A stretch of DNA of 49,928 bases from Candidatus Moanibacter sp. (GTDB taxonomy: Bacteria; Verrucomicrobiota; Verrucomicrobiia; Opitutales; UBA2987): assembly GCA_965215885.1 (NCBI GenBank), contig CBDCEW010000068.1, positions 1 through 49,928 on the forward strand, read 5' to 3'. The position numbers and the translations under genes are program-made. The notes beneath the pieces were generated by a model. That model saw only the letters and a program-made list of their open reading frames with translations. It made no database searches and had not been told where the DNA came from. Positions 40,471 through 49,928 of this stretch are shown here, one piece after another. The stretch's first letter is position 1, and the number at the start of each line of letters is the position of its first letter.

Positions 40471-42212
40471 TATTTAAGGAGTTAAATCCATTCAAAGCAG
40501 CGTGAGAATTAAGGGCCCCCACTAGGACTGCCTGCAGGAAATCAGACATCAAAAATTCGATATTAGGTTGAACATTTATTTCCATCAATCCAGACGACTC
40601 AGTCGCCGAACCAGCCCCTGGCGCATAGGAAACTGCAGGACCCAACTCCACCATCAGCATAGCGCGAACTAGAATTTTGTTAGTCTTTACAGAAGATCGC
40701 CCTGTAACGACAACCTGCTCTAAAGCCTTGCTTTTAAGATCCAGCAATCCTACGCGCCCCGATGGCAAAAAGGCATTTTGATTCAGGCGATATTCTCTAA
40801 ATGCAACCATGCCTGAATCTGGAAGATAAAGGATCTCTCGCGGATAACCCACAATTTTGGCGCCACTTCCTGACTTGATGTGGGCGCTACTCTTTTTGGA
40901 TAAGCCAATGTACGATATCAGCGATGGTCCAACGTCTGGAATATAGCTAATCTCATCGCGCCCCCAGACGAAAAGGCCCGGCTGACCGCCATATCGCTGA
41001 ATAAACTGAGGCAGCTTGCAGATTTCATCTACTCGAACAATCTCCCGGCCGTGAATCTGGTATAGTCTACCCGTACGGTCACGTGGCGCCGCATAAGATA
41101 TAACGCTGACGCCGTCGCTCACTTCGTCGTATGCAATGTCCAAAATCCGCGTTCCAACATCATGCTTTGCTAACGTATCAATTTCCTGCACGTCGATTAC
41201 ATGAAGCTGACCGTCGGATTCTTTTTGTCCTGAGAAACCGCGTCGGTTTTCCAGCACATAGAGGAATTTCTCGTCACGAGAGAGAATCATCTCCATCGGC
41301 ATTTTATCAAATCCCATTGCGAGCACCGGCTCGGCGAGACCGAGTTCGTAGACGAGCAGATATGGCTTACCAGAGTCATATTGTTCCTTTCGCCCTCCCT
41401 CGCGATGCCTGCCGAGCACAAAGATTCTGGAGAGTTCTCGATTGAACAATACCTGCCGCCATAAGAACCCGTTTGAAATGCGAGCCGAAACCTGCTGAGT
41501 TTGGATATCAATTACCGTCAATCTTGAAGGCATATCCCTCTTAAAGTTACGACCTGCTTTCTGCCCATGCGCGAAACAAACCACGTGTTTTCCGTCATCT
41601 GATAAGGCGACGGTTCCGGCATTCCAACCTACCGAAACTCTTTTTGTAACTTCACCTGTTGAGAGATTGATGAAAGCGAGGCTGCTTGACTTATACTCTT
41701 GCTTCTTAGTCGGATTCAACGTCAGGGCGCCATTAAGCAAAACGTAGAGGATATTCTTTCCGGGGCCCAACATGGCAGAAACTCGGCGGTCCGGCGAGAG
41801 GAATCGTATTGGCAATTTCAAAACTCTCACTATCGATCACCGAGACTGACGGCGGATTTACATTGAGCACGTAAAGTTCATCACGCCCATGCATTCTCTC
41901 GGTTGAAACGGCAAGTAGTAGAAGACAAAGAAATACTACAATTTCACCCACCCTACTGCGCTTACCGGCGTATGCTATCATTTCGGTTCTCCAGAAGCCA
42001 CTCCTATCGATTGCAGAAGCGATTATCAAGGATCAAGACAGATATTTTAAGAGGACAGGCTCCTCCCTGCACTGAGATGACGGAGTTGTGGAAGGTTGGG
42101 AAAGTGGAACAGTTGAAGGGTTGCAGAGTCGCAGAATGACCAGTAAAGTGTCGTAGTCCCGTTCAGCGTGACTGAGACTTTGCCATACAGCTTGGTGGCC
42201 AGTGCTGCAAAA

Positions 42213-42236
42213 CGAAATGCTCCCGCATTCCGCTAC
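42213..42236. repeat. REP-like 24-mer (second copy)
   Basis: Identical to 37901..37924; followed by a partial inverted partner GTAGCAGAATG. Confidence 0.75.
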
Positions 42237-42517
42237 CTACTAGATCGAAGCATGTAGCAGAATGTGTTAACTTTTCGATGGTGAGGCTGTTCGGTGCCCC
42301 GTAACCAGTTGGAAGGATTGGAGACGGTGCCCCTTCGACTTGGCTCAGGGCCTCCGGCAGGTTTCGGGTGTCAGGAAGGAGTAGACAATGAACAGTCGGG
42401 AGAGCAACCTGATTGCTGATTACTTGTCATCGTTCCCTTTTTCATTCGCGTCGATTCGTGTAATTCGCAGTTTCGCTCTTCAACTCTTGGTTGCGGGCAC
42501 GCTGCGCTAGGAAATCC

Positions 42518-43369
42518 ATGGCCAAGAATGACGATCCGATAGCTTCCGGCAATTACCCACTCGAACCGAGGGAGGGAGAGGAAGAACGTCTTCGCATACA
42601 GGCGGAGGCCATGAGATCCGACGCAGCGATCATGTTGGATAGGGTCGGAGTAAGCGAAGGCTGGCGCTGCCTCGATTTGGGATGCGGCGCGGGTGGTATC
42701 ACCGACCTTTTGAGCGAACGTGCGGGTGAATCAGGGAGCGTTGTCGGTCTGGACTCGGATCCCACGCTGCTGAAGGCCGCCAAGGGCTGGGCGACGACGA
42801 AGGGAATGGCGAACACGGAATTCGTCGAAGGTAACGCCTACGCCACAAATCTGCCGGGTGACTCCTTTGACTTTGTTCACATTCGTTTTCTGCTCAGCAC
42901 CGCGGGACAGCCGCAACCCCTACTCAGAGAAGCATATCGACTGACGCGTCCGGGCGGCGTGCTCGCGATTGAGGAGCCCGATGCGGAAATGCTCAACTGC
43001 TACCCGCCGCATCCGGCCTGGAATCGTCTCAAAAACCTCCTCATCGATGGATTCGCCGCGGTCGGAGCGGATCTTACCTTGGGAAGCCGAGCCTACTCGT
43101 TAATGCTGGCCCAAGGTCTCACGGATGTTGTCTACCGGCCTTTCATCGTTGGGGTGCGAAACGTCGATCCCATGGTAGACTACCTGCCCCAAACCATCGA
43201 GTCGATACGCACCACTTTACTTAAACACGGCCTTACCAGTTCCGAAGAGCTCGACAACCTAATTGCCGAATGCCGGAACCACCTCACCGACCCGAACACC
43301 GTATTCACAACCTATCTCGTCGCCCAGGTTTGGGGGAGGAAGAGAAGAGTCGAAAGTCTAAAAGCCTAA
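42518..43369 (+). CDS. Class I SAM-dependent methyltransferase
   Basis: CLDLGCGAGG motif I, VVGLD, SFDFVHIRFLL, RPGGVLAIEE. Confidence 0.92.
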   Translation: MAKNDDPIASGNYPLEPREGEEERLRIQAEAMRSDAAIMLDRVGVSEGWRCLDLGCGAGGITDLLSERAGESGSVVGLDSDPTLLKAAKGWATTKGMANTEFVEGNAYATNLPGDSFDFVHIRFLLSTAGQPQPLLREAYRLTRPGGVLAIEEPDAEMLNCYPPHPAWNRLKNLLIDGFAAVGADLTLGSRAYSLMLAQGLTDVVYRPFIVGVRNVDPMVDYLPQTIESIRTTLLKHGLTSSEELDNLIAECRNHLTDPNTVFTTYLVAQVWGRKRRVESLKA

Positions 43370-43446
43370 GGTCGGGCCCGAAGCTCGGAGCCTGACGAAG
43401 GCAGACCTTTCCCACAACATCTGAGCGTGCCCCATAGACTCCACTT

Positions 43447-44871
43447 TCAATTTGGTTCTTCGACGTAGCCGTGATAGTTTGCGATGGCCAGGCCGGCTGC
43501 GATACTGGTGAAAGCATCGAACTCAATCAGCCTATTAGAGAACAGTTTCCCTAGGAAGTCCTGAACGGGCGGCAGTTTGGAAGAGCCACCGGTGCAGATG
43601 ACCATGTTAACTGCATCGACACCGCATCCCGATGATAAGAGCAACGCCTGAATTCCATCGTCAATCTCTGACAGGATACCTTCCATATATTGACAGAGCT
43701 CGCGCCGCGTGATGGGTACCCGCAACTCCAGCTCGGGCACCGTGATGACCGATTGTGGATTCACGGTTAGCGCTATCTTTGCTTTCTCGATTGCTTGAAA
43801 GACTCGGAAGGACAAGTTGAGCGAGATCAATCGGAGCAATCGCCCGAGCTTTTTCTTCGTGCTCCCATCTTCGCGCATTCCGTGAGCAATCAATTCGCGG
43901 AGTGCATTCTGGTTGAGTTCGTGAGTGTGCTGCCAGACGAGCAACCCATCCGCGAATTCCCCGAAGCGAAATTGACCCTGCTCTTCATCCCCTACACTCT
44001 TGCTTGCCATTAAAGCGCCTTCGCCGAGTTCGGGAAAAACCGCTCTTCGATAGATCAGCTTATCAATGTCATCACCACCCAATTCGATCCCCTTCGTGCC
44101 TACAACTCTGAATCCACCTGACGTTTTCCTCAAGATACAGAGATCAAGCGTGCCACCACCAAAATCGAAAGTGAGGTAGGTTTTACACTGTTGCGTTTCA
44201 AACTGATTAAAAAAGCTCAGCGAGGCGGCAACAGGTTCCGGAAAAAAGGAAGGATTCGAGAGTCCGGCGTAAGCACACGCCGCTTCCATGCGTTGAAGGG
44301 CGACTTCATTAGCTTTCGTGGAGTTTCCATGATAGTTCACCGGCCGACCCAGATGGAATGACAGCGGTTGGGTGAATCCATTTTTCTCAATCTGCCTTCG
44401 TAATTCCCGTAAGATCGGAGTGGCAAGAGCGACGATACGCGGCGACCGATCGAAGACCTGGATCGTTGTGAGATTTTCATCGCCGAGCCACGTTTTGATA
44501 CTGCGAAAGAGTCGGCTCGGAAGATGCGTGTCGGTGAATGCGTGAACTTTAACCCAGTCCTCAAAGTACCCAGCCATCGTCCCGATACTCAAGAGGAACC
44601 CGCCAACTTCCTCCTTTTCCAACCGGACTCTCCGTCCACGATTATCCTCGAGATAGGACTCTATAGCTCTGTGCCCTACACGCGGATAGAATTTCCGGTT
44701 CAAATAAAGCGCACTGGGTAGAACCGCTGGATTTTCTGCCACGGCATCCAAATCGAGCATTCGCAGCTCCTTGCCGTCGAATACGGCAACGGAGGAATTC
44801 GTCGTTCCAAAATCGATTCCCACCCCGATTTTGTACGGGCTGCGGTGAAGATGAGAGGGCTCTACGGGCAT
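43447..44871 (-). CDS. Hsp70-family protein (YegD-like)
   Basis: GIDFGTTNS, GRPV, PEPVAA, DFGGGTLD, GGDDID, IEKAKIAL, TGGSS, FTSIAAGLA. No substrate-binding domain. Confidence 0.9.
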   Translation of the reverse strand: MPVEPSHLHRSPYKIGVGIDFGTTNSSVAVFDGKELRMLDLDAVAENPAVLPSALYLNRKFYPRVGHRAIESYLEDNRGRRVRLEKEEVGGFLLSIGTMAGYFEDWVKVHAFTDTHLPSRLFRSIKTWLGDENLTTIQVFDRSPRIVALATPILRELRRQIEKNGFTQPLSFHLGRPVNYHGNSTKANEVALQRMEAACAYAGLSNPSFFPEPVAASLSFFNQFETQQCKTYLTFDFGGGTLDLCILRKTSGGFRVVGTKGIELGGDDIDKLIYRRAVFPELGEGALMASKSVGDEEQGQFRFGEFADGLLVWQHTHELNQNALRELIAHGMREDGSTKKKLGRLLRLISLNLSFRVFQAIEKAKIALTVNPQSVITVPELELRVPITRRELCQYMEGILSEIDDGIQALLLSSGCGVDAVNMVICTGGSSKLPPVQDFLGKLFSNRLIEFDAFTSIAAGLAIANYHGYVEEPN

Positions 44872-44993
44872 TGCGGCAAATCGTTGGGTGGCGCCAATCG
44901 TTCCCAAAAGTGAGGGATTGGTTTATACAACGATCTGTCCGAAAATCAAGGAAAAATCCTATAAATATTTGATAGTCAACCTCTTAACGATAT

Positions 44994-45022
44994 ATATTAA
45001 CATCGAGAAACAATCCTGTCAA
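44994..45022 (-). promoter_or_regulatory. Putative sigma70 promoter TTGACA-N17-TAATAT for the Hsp70-like gene
   Basis: Consensus -35 (45017..45022), 17-bp spacer, -10 at 44994..44999 in an AT-rich stretch. Confidence 0.5.
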
Positions 45023-45165
45023 GTTCTGATTCGTTTGCTTTCATCCAAGGCACATGTTTATGGAACAGTGGAGTGATGAAACGATGGAATAAAGGGATCT
45101 GGTCAGTAATCGGTTTCTGCTGAGCCAGATGTGCCGAGCACGATTACGAGAACGAGGGCTTAATT

Positions 45166-46767
45166 CTACTCTCCGCTTCTCCCGATCTCCGCGTCCCCGT
45201 GTCTTTCCAAATCCACTCTCCCCTTCCCCGATTCTCCGTTCTCCAGCGACCTTTCGCCTTCGACTTTCGACCTTCGACTCCATTGGTTGGTAATAAATTG
45301 AATGGGCAACATCTCCCATACATCCAGCGACAAAACCTCGGCCGTTCCGGCCTCGGAGAAAAAGTCCAGCCCAAGGTCATCAGGCAGAGGGGAATTCAGC
45401 CCGGGGGCGGAAGGCTCTTCAGGATGAATGAGTTTCTCAAAACACGCTCGATCGTTCACGAAAACTTCCAGAGTCGCCTTGTCTAGGAAAATATGAACCT
45501 TGAGGGTTTTTTCATCCTGGATCATGGCAAAAGGGCGCCGAACGGCATCATCCTGATTGAAAACGCCCTTGGTCCCATCCACATGGAGGGCGCCGTCGTA
45601 GCGGATCTCTACTCCGCGTTTGCCGTCCTGGCTCCGTCGCACACGCAGGCCGAAAGCCTGGGAGTCTCCGGGATCAAATTTGACCATAATTTCCAGCGTA
45701 TCACCTCGAATCGCATCTAGAGGATGTGAGGAGCGATGGAGAGGGAAACCACTCACAGAATGATGTTTTCCACGCAGAGTCTCGAGTTCCGGTAGTGGAG
45801 CAAAGCCGAGGCCGTTGTCCGGGCGGAGCGTTACCACACGAGGCAGGGTGAGACAGCTGGGCCAGTCATTCAGCCTGCCCGTGGATCTGTGATTGTGCAG
45901 CGTATTCCAAATGATTAAACGGCCATTGGCATCCTTCAGGCCCTGGGTAGCATACACCGCTTCGGTGTAGCCAAGTGTGTCGCTGTATATCGGATCGAAG
46001 CGCAGCGAATGCGCATCCCAGTTGCCGACGAAATAATCGCATACATGCGGGTTGTGCCGCGACATCAGTAACACCCACTTGTCTCCCAGTTTGAAGAAGT
46101 TCGGGCAGGCGTTGTCCATGGAATCGGGATGGTGGAATAGCGCGCCGAGGTAAGTCCATTGCGTCAGATCATCGCTTTCGGCACGGTGGAGGCTGACGAT
46201 GCCGTTGCTGTGTCCGGGCGCTTTGCGAGTCCCTTCCCACCCGCCGCAAATTAGATAGGTCTGACCGGCCTCTTTGAAGACAAATGGATCTCGCCAACCG
46301 CCGATTTTTACGCGAGCGAGGTGAACGCTGTCGGGAAGCACCGGATTGTCGGGATGTTTCTCCCAAGTGATCAGATCCGTATCGCCGACTGCGCCGTGTT
46401 GTTGCAAGGACGGCTTACTGGTATAGAAAATCATGGGCGTGCCGTCGTCGCGAATCACCGTATCGCCGGAATAGCAATGTTCTTCACCCTCTTCCTGGGA
46501 TGGCCACAAGGCAATGGGCAGATGTTCCCAATGGATCAGGTCGGTGCTGCGGGCATGTCCCCAATGGATGCCTTCGAGCCCAGGTCTGTGCTGGTAAAAG
46601 ATATGGTAGTATCCGTTGTGATAGATTGGGCCGTTGATGTCGCCCATCCAACCACCCGGCGCCTTAAAATGATAAACGGGCAGACGAGGATCTGCCTGAG
46701 CGGCCGGGATGATCTGTTCCAGGGCATCCATGGCTGTCTGAACATTGGAAGGAAGGATTTGAGGCAT
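45166..46767 (-). CDS. Glycoside hydrolase family 32 protein with atypical catalytic motifs
   Basis: WMGDING, HIFYQH, WGHARSTDLIHW, CYSG, WRDP, NACPNFF, C-terminal LDKATLEVFVND beta-sandwich. Confidence 0.9.
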   Translation of the reverse strand: MPQILPSNVQTAMDALEQIIPAAQADPRLPVYHFKAPGGWMGDINGPIYHNGYYHIFYQHRPGLEGIHWGHARSTDLIHWEHLPIALWPSQEEGEEHCYSGDTVIRDDGTPMIFYTSKPSLQQHGAVGDTDLITWEKHPDNPVLPDSVHLARVKIGGWRDPFVFKEAGQTYLICGGWEGTRKAPGHSNGIVSLHRAESDDLTQWTYLGALFHHPDSMDNACPNFFKLGDKWVLLMSRHNPHVCDYFVGNWDAHSLRFDPIYSDTLGYTEAVYATQGLKDANGRLIIWNTLHNHRSTGRLNDWPSCLTLPRVVTLRPDNGLGFAPLPELETLRGKHHSVSGFPLHRSSHPLDAIRGDTLEIMVKFDPGDSQAFGLRVRRSQDGKRGVEIRYDGALHVDGTKGVFNQDDAVRRPFAMIQDEKTLKVHIFLDKATLEVFVNDRACFEKLIHPEEPSAPGLNSPLPDDLGLDFFSEAGTAEVLSLDVWEMLPIQFITNQWSRRSKVEGERSLENGESGKGRVDLERHGDAEIGRSGE

Positions 46768-47269
46768 TTTGGCTTGCAGTTTGGCCTCCCGTGCCGGAGG
46801 GGAGAGAATAAAAGAAAAGCAAATGGAGAATTGAAGTATTGGAAATCCAGGTAAATCGTCCTGGCAGCCGGACTTTAAGCCTCTTTCGAAAGAGTTATTT
46901 GGTTTCGTTCCGTCAGACTGCTAGAAACAAGAAAATGAACCTGAGATATGTGGGAAGGAGGACCAATCGTTGCACAGAGAATTCGCGATGAGCGACCTCG
47001 ACATGATCAGCCGTACTTTCACAATATTCCATCCTCAGAAACGAGGTCGAGGACAGAATAGGTGTTCCAATATGTCACAAATCTCAGGCCCATTTTCTTT
47101 CAAGGAATCTGTCGGTCTCATCTTGGTCGGGATGCCGATCCGTAACCATCAGAATTGGACCACGGGGATGCTACGAAATCTAAGTCCGACAGATTCCTGG
47201 CGAATTTGGTTATGCATGCGATAGTTCTTTAGATTGATTAACAAGAACAACATCTGAAGGAAGGCAAAG

Positions 47270-48127
47270 ATGGCAATAACTGTTAAGAAACTTGGGGACC
47301 GCATCGGTGCAGAGGTTCAAGGAATCGATCTTACTTCGTCTATCGACGATGAAACCTTTGGACGGGTGGAAGACGCTTTTTGCAAATATTCGGTGCTGGT
47401 TTTTCGCGATCAGAATATAAATGACGACCAGCATATATCCTTCAGCGCGCGATTTGGTCCGCTGGAGATGTCCATGGTAAACGATCCTTCTGGCGGTGGA
47501 GGTCCGATCAATAATATATCCAATGTCGACGAAATGGGCGAGATCATTCCACCCAAGGACAAGAGGATGATTTACGTCTCCGGTAACCAACTTTGGCATT
47601 CGGATAGCTCATACAAAAAAGTTCCTTCGAAAGCATCTCTGCTTTTCGCCATAGAGGTGCCTCCTGAGGGCGGAGAGACCGAGTACGCCAGCATGAAAGC
47701 CGCCTATGTTGCCCTGCCCGATGAGAAAAAGGCCGATCTGGAGGGCCTCGTTGCTGAGCACAGTTTAGCTTACTCACGCAGTCTGATCGATCCAGATGCG
47801 ATGAACAAGGCATTCAAGGATGAGGTTCCACCGATGCCCCAGAGCGTGGTTCGTACAATTCCCGAGACCGGCGAGAAAACGCTATTCGTCGGCGCCCATG
47901 CCTCGCATATCATCGGCTGGCCAGAGGAGAGAGGACGGGCCTTATTGAGGGAGCTGCTGGATTGGTCGACAAAGCCGCAGTTCGTCTACCAGCATAGGTG
48001 GAGGAGGAAAGACCTCGTCATGTGGGACAACCGCTGCTGTCTGCATCGCGGCCGCCCCTGGAATTCGGCGAGGCACCGCCGGGTAATGCACCGGACGACA
48101 ATTGCTGGTAAGGGGCCAACCGTATAG
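47270..48127 (+). CDS. TauD/TfdA family 2-oxoglutarate dioxygenase
   Basis: IGAEVQGIDL, VLVFRDQ, WHSDSS (HxD), GGETEYA, MWDNRCCLHRG, MHRTT. Confidence 0.93.
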   Translation: MAITVKKLGDRIGAEVQGIDLTSSIDDETFGRVEDAFCKYSVLVFRDQNINDDQHISFSARFGPLEMSMVNDPSGGGGPINNISNVDEMGEIIPPKDKRMIYVSGNQLWHSDSSYKKVPSKASLLFAIEVPPEGGETEYASMKAAYVALPDEKKADLEGLVAEHSLAYSRSLIDPDAMNKAFKDEVPPMPQSVVRTIPETGEKTLFVGAHASHIIGWPEERGRALLRELLDWSTKPQFVYQHRWRRKDLVMWDNRCCLHRGRPWNSARHRRVMHRTTIAGKGPTV

Positions 48128-48216
48128 AGGTTAAGGGGTCTTCGATTTTCACTTGGCAGTGAGTGTGACCTGACTCCCTACCCTCCTCTTCCCTGGGGGG
48201 GGCAATGAAAAGATAC

Positions 48217-48358
48217 TGATTCTGCTGAAAAAACCCCACGTTCTTGCGAACGCGGCTACTCTGCCGTACGGCAGAGTAAGTCGTTGATATCTGTAGCCGC
48301 CCTGCCGTTCGGCAGGGTGGTCGAGGATTCCGAAACGACGACTTTTTCAGCAAGATCA
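48217..48358. mobile_element. MITE with TGCTGAAAAA terminal inverted repeats and internal REP-like hairpins
   Basis: TGATTCTGCTGAAAAA ... TTTTTCAGCAAGATCA. Internal CGTTCTTGCGAACGCGGCTAC, CTCTGCCGTACGGCAGAG and GTAGCCGCCCTGCCGTTCGGCAGGGTGG. Confidence 0.7.
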
Positions 48359-48456
48359 CATTTTCATCGTGGTCCAGAGGAAGAGCTGAATTGCACGCCT
48401 TACGTGAGCACTTTTGTGTTGAATCGAAACACGATAGAGGCGGGAATCCAGAACCC

Positions 48457-49260
48457 ATGATTACACCTGCGTACATAACGAAGGAGATGGCGGGCAATAT
48501 CGAGGATTCTCTTCGCATTGGCGCGGGAGCCGGGATCTCCACTGTTGCGGTCCGCTCCAAGGTTTGGGGCCATGATGTTGAAGATCTAAGTCCGGAACAG
48601 GTTGGGAGTTTTAAGCAACTCTTGGAGAGCCACGGCCAGAGGGTGTCGACGATGCTCTCTCCGGTCGGAAAGTGCGACATCGAGGACGAAGGGGAAGTCG
48701 CCTCTCACATCGATATCTTCAGGCGGACGATACCGGTAGCCAAAGCACTCCAAGCTCGCTTCATCCGGGTATTTTCCTGGTGCGAGCCCGGACTTCCGAA
48801 CTATGGAGACTCCCATCTGGACCAATACCTGGATCGCATCGTAGAACGCACCCAGCCCTTGATCGAAATCGCCGAGAATGAATCAATTCTCCTTGTATTT
48901 GAGTGCGTGCAAAACACACTCGCGCACACCAGCAAAGATTTGCGCCGCGTCCTGGACGCTCTAGGCAACCCACCTTGCGCGCGGGCCGTTTGGGATATCG
49001 ACGTCGCTGCGAAAGCCGGCGAGTCGCCTCAAAATGGCTTCCCCTACCTGCGGGGCTTGATCGAGGAAGTGCATATAAAGCCGAATTCGGCAGGCAACAT
49101 CGACCCGATCGACGGAGTCGAAGGCACCTATGTCGACGCGTTTCAACTACTGGCCGACGACGGCTACGACGGATTCGCCACCATCGAGCACTGGCGGGGA
49201 ACCGAAGGGATTCTGCATGGACTCAACCAGCTTCGGGAGATTCTCAGCCGGATACAGTGA
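48457..49260 (+). CDS. Sugar phosphate isomerase/epimerase (xylose-isomerase-like TIM barrel)
   Basis: SPVGKC, FIRVFS, LVFEC, VWD, EVHIK, GYDGFATIEH. Confidence 0.82.
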   Translation: MITPAYITKEMAGNIEDSLRIGAGAGISTVAVRSKVWGHDVEDLSPEQVGSFKQLLESHGQRVSTMLSPVGKCDIEDEGEVASHIDIFRRTIPVAKALQARFIRVFSWCEPGLPNYGDSHLDQYLDRIVERTQPLIEIAENESILLVFECVQNTLAHTSKDLRRVLDALGNPPCARAVWDIDVAAKAGESPQNGFPYLRGLIEEVHIKPNSAGNIDPIDGVEGTYVDAFQLLADDGYDGFATIEHWRGTEGILHGLNQLREILSRIQ

Positions 49261-49432
49261 TTCAAAGTGAAAGTGTTCAGTTTTAAGTAGTATACGGTGA
49301 TCAGTGAACCACGTCGTTGCCGACGCGGCTACAGTGCAACCAGCGCTCAGTCGCACGATTCTTTTGATCCTACGGTCCACGAAGACTAACGCGAAAGTAT
49401 TCGGTGGCCCGTAACCCACATTCAGTAGTCTC

Positions 49433-49928
49433 GTGAACGAGATTCGTGAGAAAGGTCGGACGGCGCATCCCCTTCGGGCGCTGTTAGTGGCGCAGTTCTT
49501 CGGCGCGTTTAATGACAACGCGTGGAAGATGGTGGTGATAACGCTGGGTATCGGCAGCCTCGTTGCACAGACCAGTGGCGACAGCGATTTTCTGGCCAAC
49601 CAACGGGTCGCCACAATCGCCTTCGTAGCGTTCGCGGTGCCCATGATGCTGTTTTCTCTTCCCGCGGGCGCCCTCGCTGATCGTTTCTCCAAGCGCAATG
49701 TTCTCCTCGCGATGAAGGCGCTGGAGGCACTTTTGATGTCTTCAGCCGTGCTCGTCTTAATCGTCCGCCCCGAAAACCTGGTCCTACCGATGGTGATCCT
49801 CGCGCTGATGGGGTCGCAGAGCGCGTTTTTCAGCCCCGCCAAGTACGGCATCCTACCGGAGCTGTTGCCCCATGAAAGACTATCCCAAGGCAACGGACTG
49901 CTGGAGCTATGGACGATGTTGGCAATCA
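49433..49928 (+). CDS. LplT-like MFS domain (N-terminus of lysophospholipid transporter/Aas fusion), truncated by window end
   Basis: LLVAQFFGAFNDNAWK, PAGALADRFSKR, MGSQSAFFSPAKYGILPELL, SQGNGLLE. Confidence 0.88.
   Translation, partial: MNEIREKGRTAHPLRALLVAQFFGAFNDNAWKMVVITLGIGSLVAQTSGDSDFLANQRVATIAFVAFAVPMMLFSLPAGALADRFSKRNVLLAMKALEALLMSSAVLVLIVRPENLVLPMVILALMGSQSAFFSPAKYGILPELLPHERLSQGNGLLELWTMLAI

Larger units (their letters stand above)
38168..41981 (-). pseudogene. Large secreted YVTN-like beta-propeller protein, interrupted by IS copy 3 and a frameshift near 41775
   Basis: Signal-like IVVFLCLLLLAVS and repeats LYVLN..SVSVID, RLTVID, FLYVLE, LHVID, NRQSNDITIIET, EIVFIDT. Removing the IS and one TATTTA rejoins GFNSLN|SSLLQIRVRDFF in frame. 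Confidence 0.75.

Overview
Bacterial accessory-type region of roughly 55-60% GC. Gene content resembles a PVC-group or similar environmental bacterium, but that assignment is a low-confidence guess. The left ~25 kb is mostly catabolic and transport genes: sulfatase, Gfo/Idh/MocA, FAD oxidoreductase, BNR-repeat glycosidase, three PhyH dioxygenases, PLP lyase, aldo-keto reductase, RspA-like dehydratase, MFS/EamA transporters, YceH and a cold-shock protein. It also holds a two-gene module of a RecQ-PRTase helicase plus a DprA protein, resembling RqlH/RqlI. The stretch 27.5-40.5 kb is an insertion-sequence pile-up. It has two full copies of a ~1.9-kb DDE IS with GACC...GGTC ends and TANNTA target duplications (a partial third copy is at the window start), which split an SNF2 helicase and a beta-propeller gene. 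It also has a DUF4338-fused ISAs1 transposase hit by two IS4 copies, and an IS1380. The right end carries a methyltransferase, YegD-like Hsp70, a GH32 lacking the acid/base Glu, TauD, a TIM-barrel epimerase and the start of an LplT/Aas gene. Intergenic DNA holds several families of MITE/REP-like palindromes. Scattered 1-bp frameshifts may be sequencing errors. No rRNA, tRNA or CRISPR array was seen.
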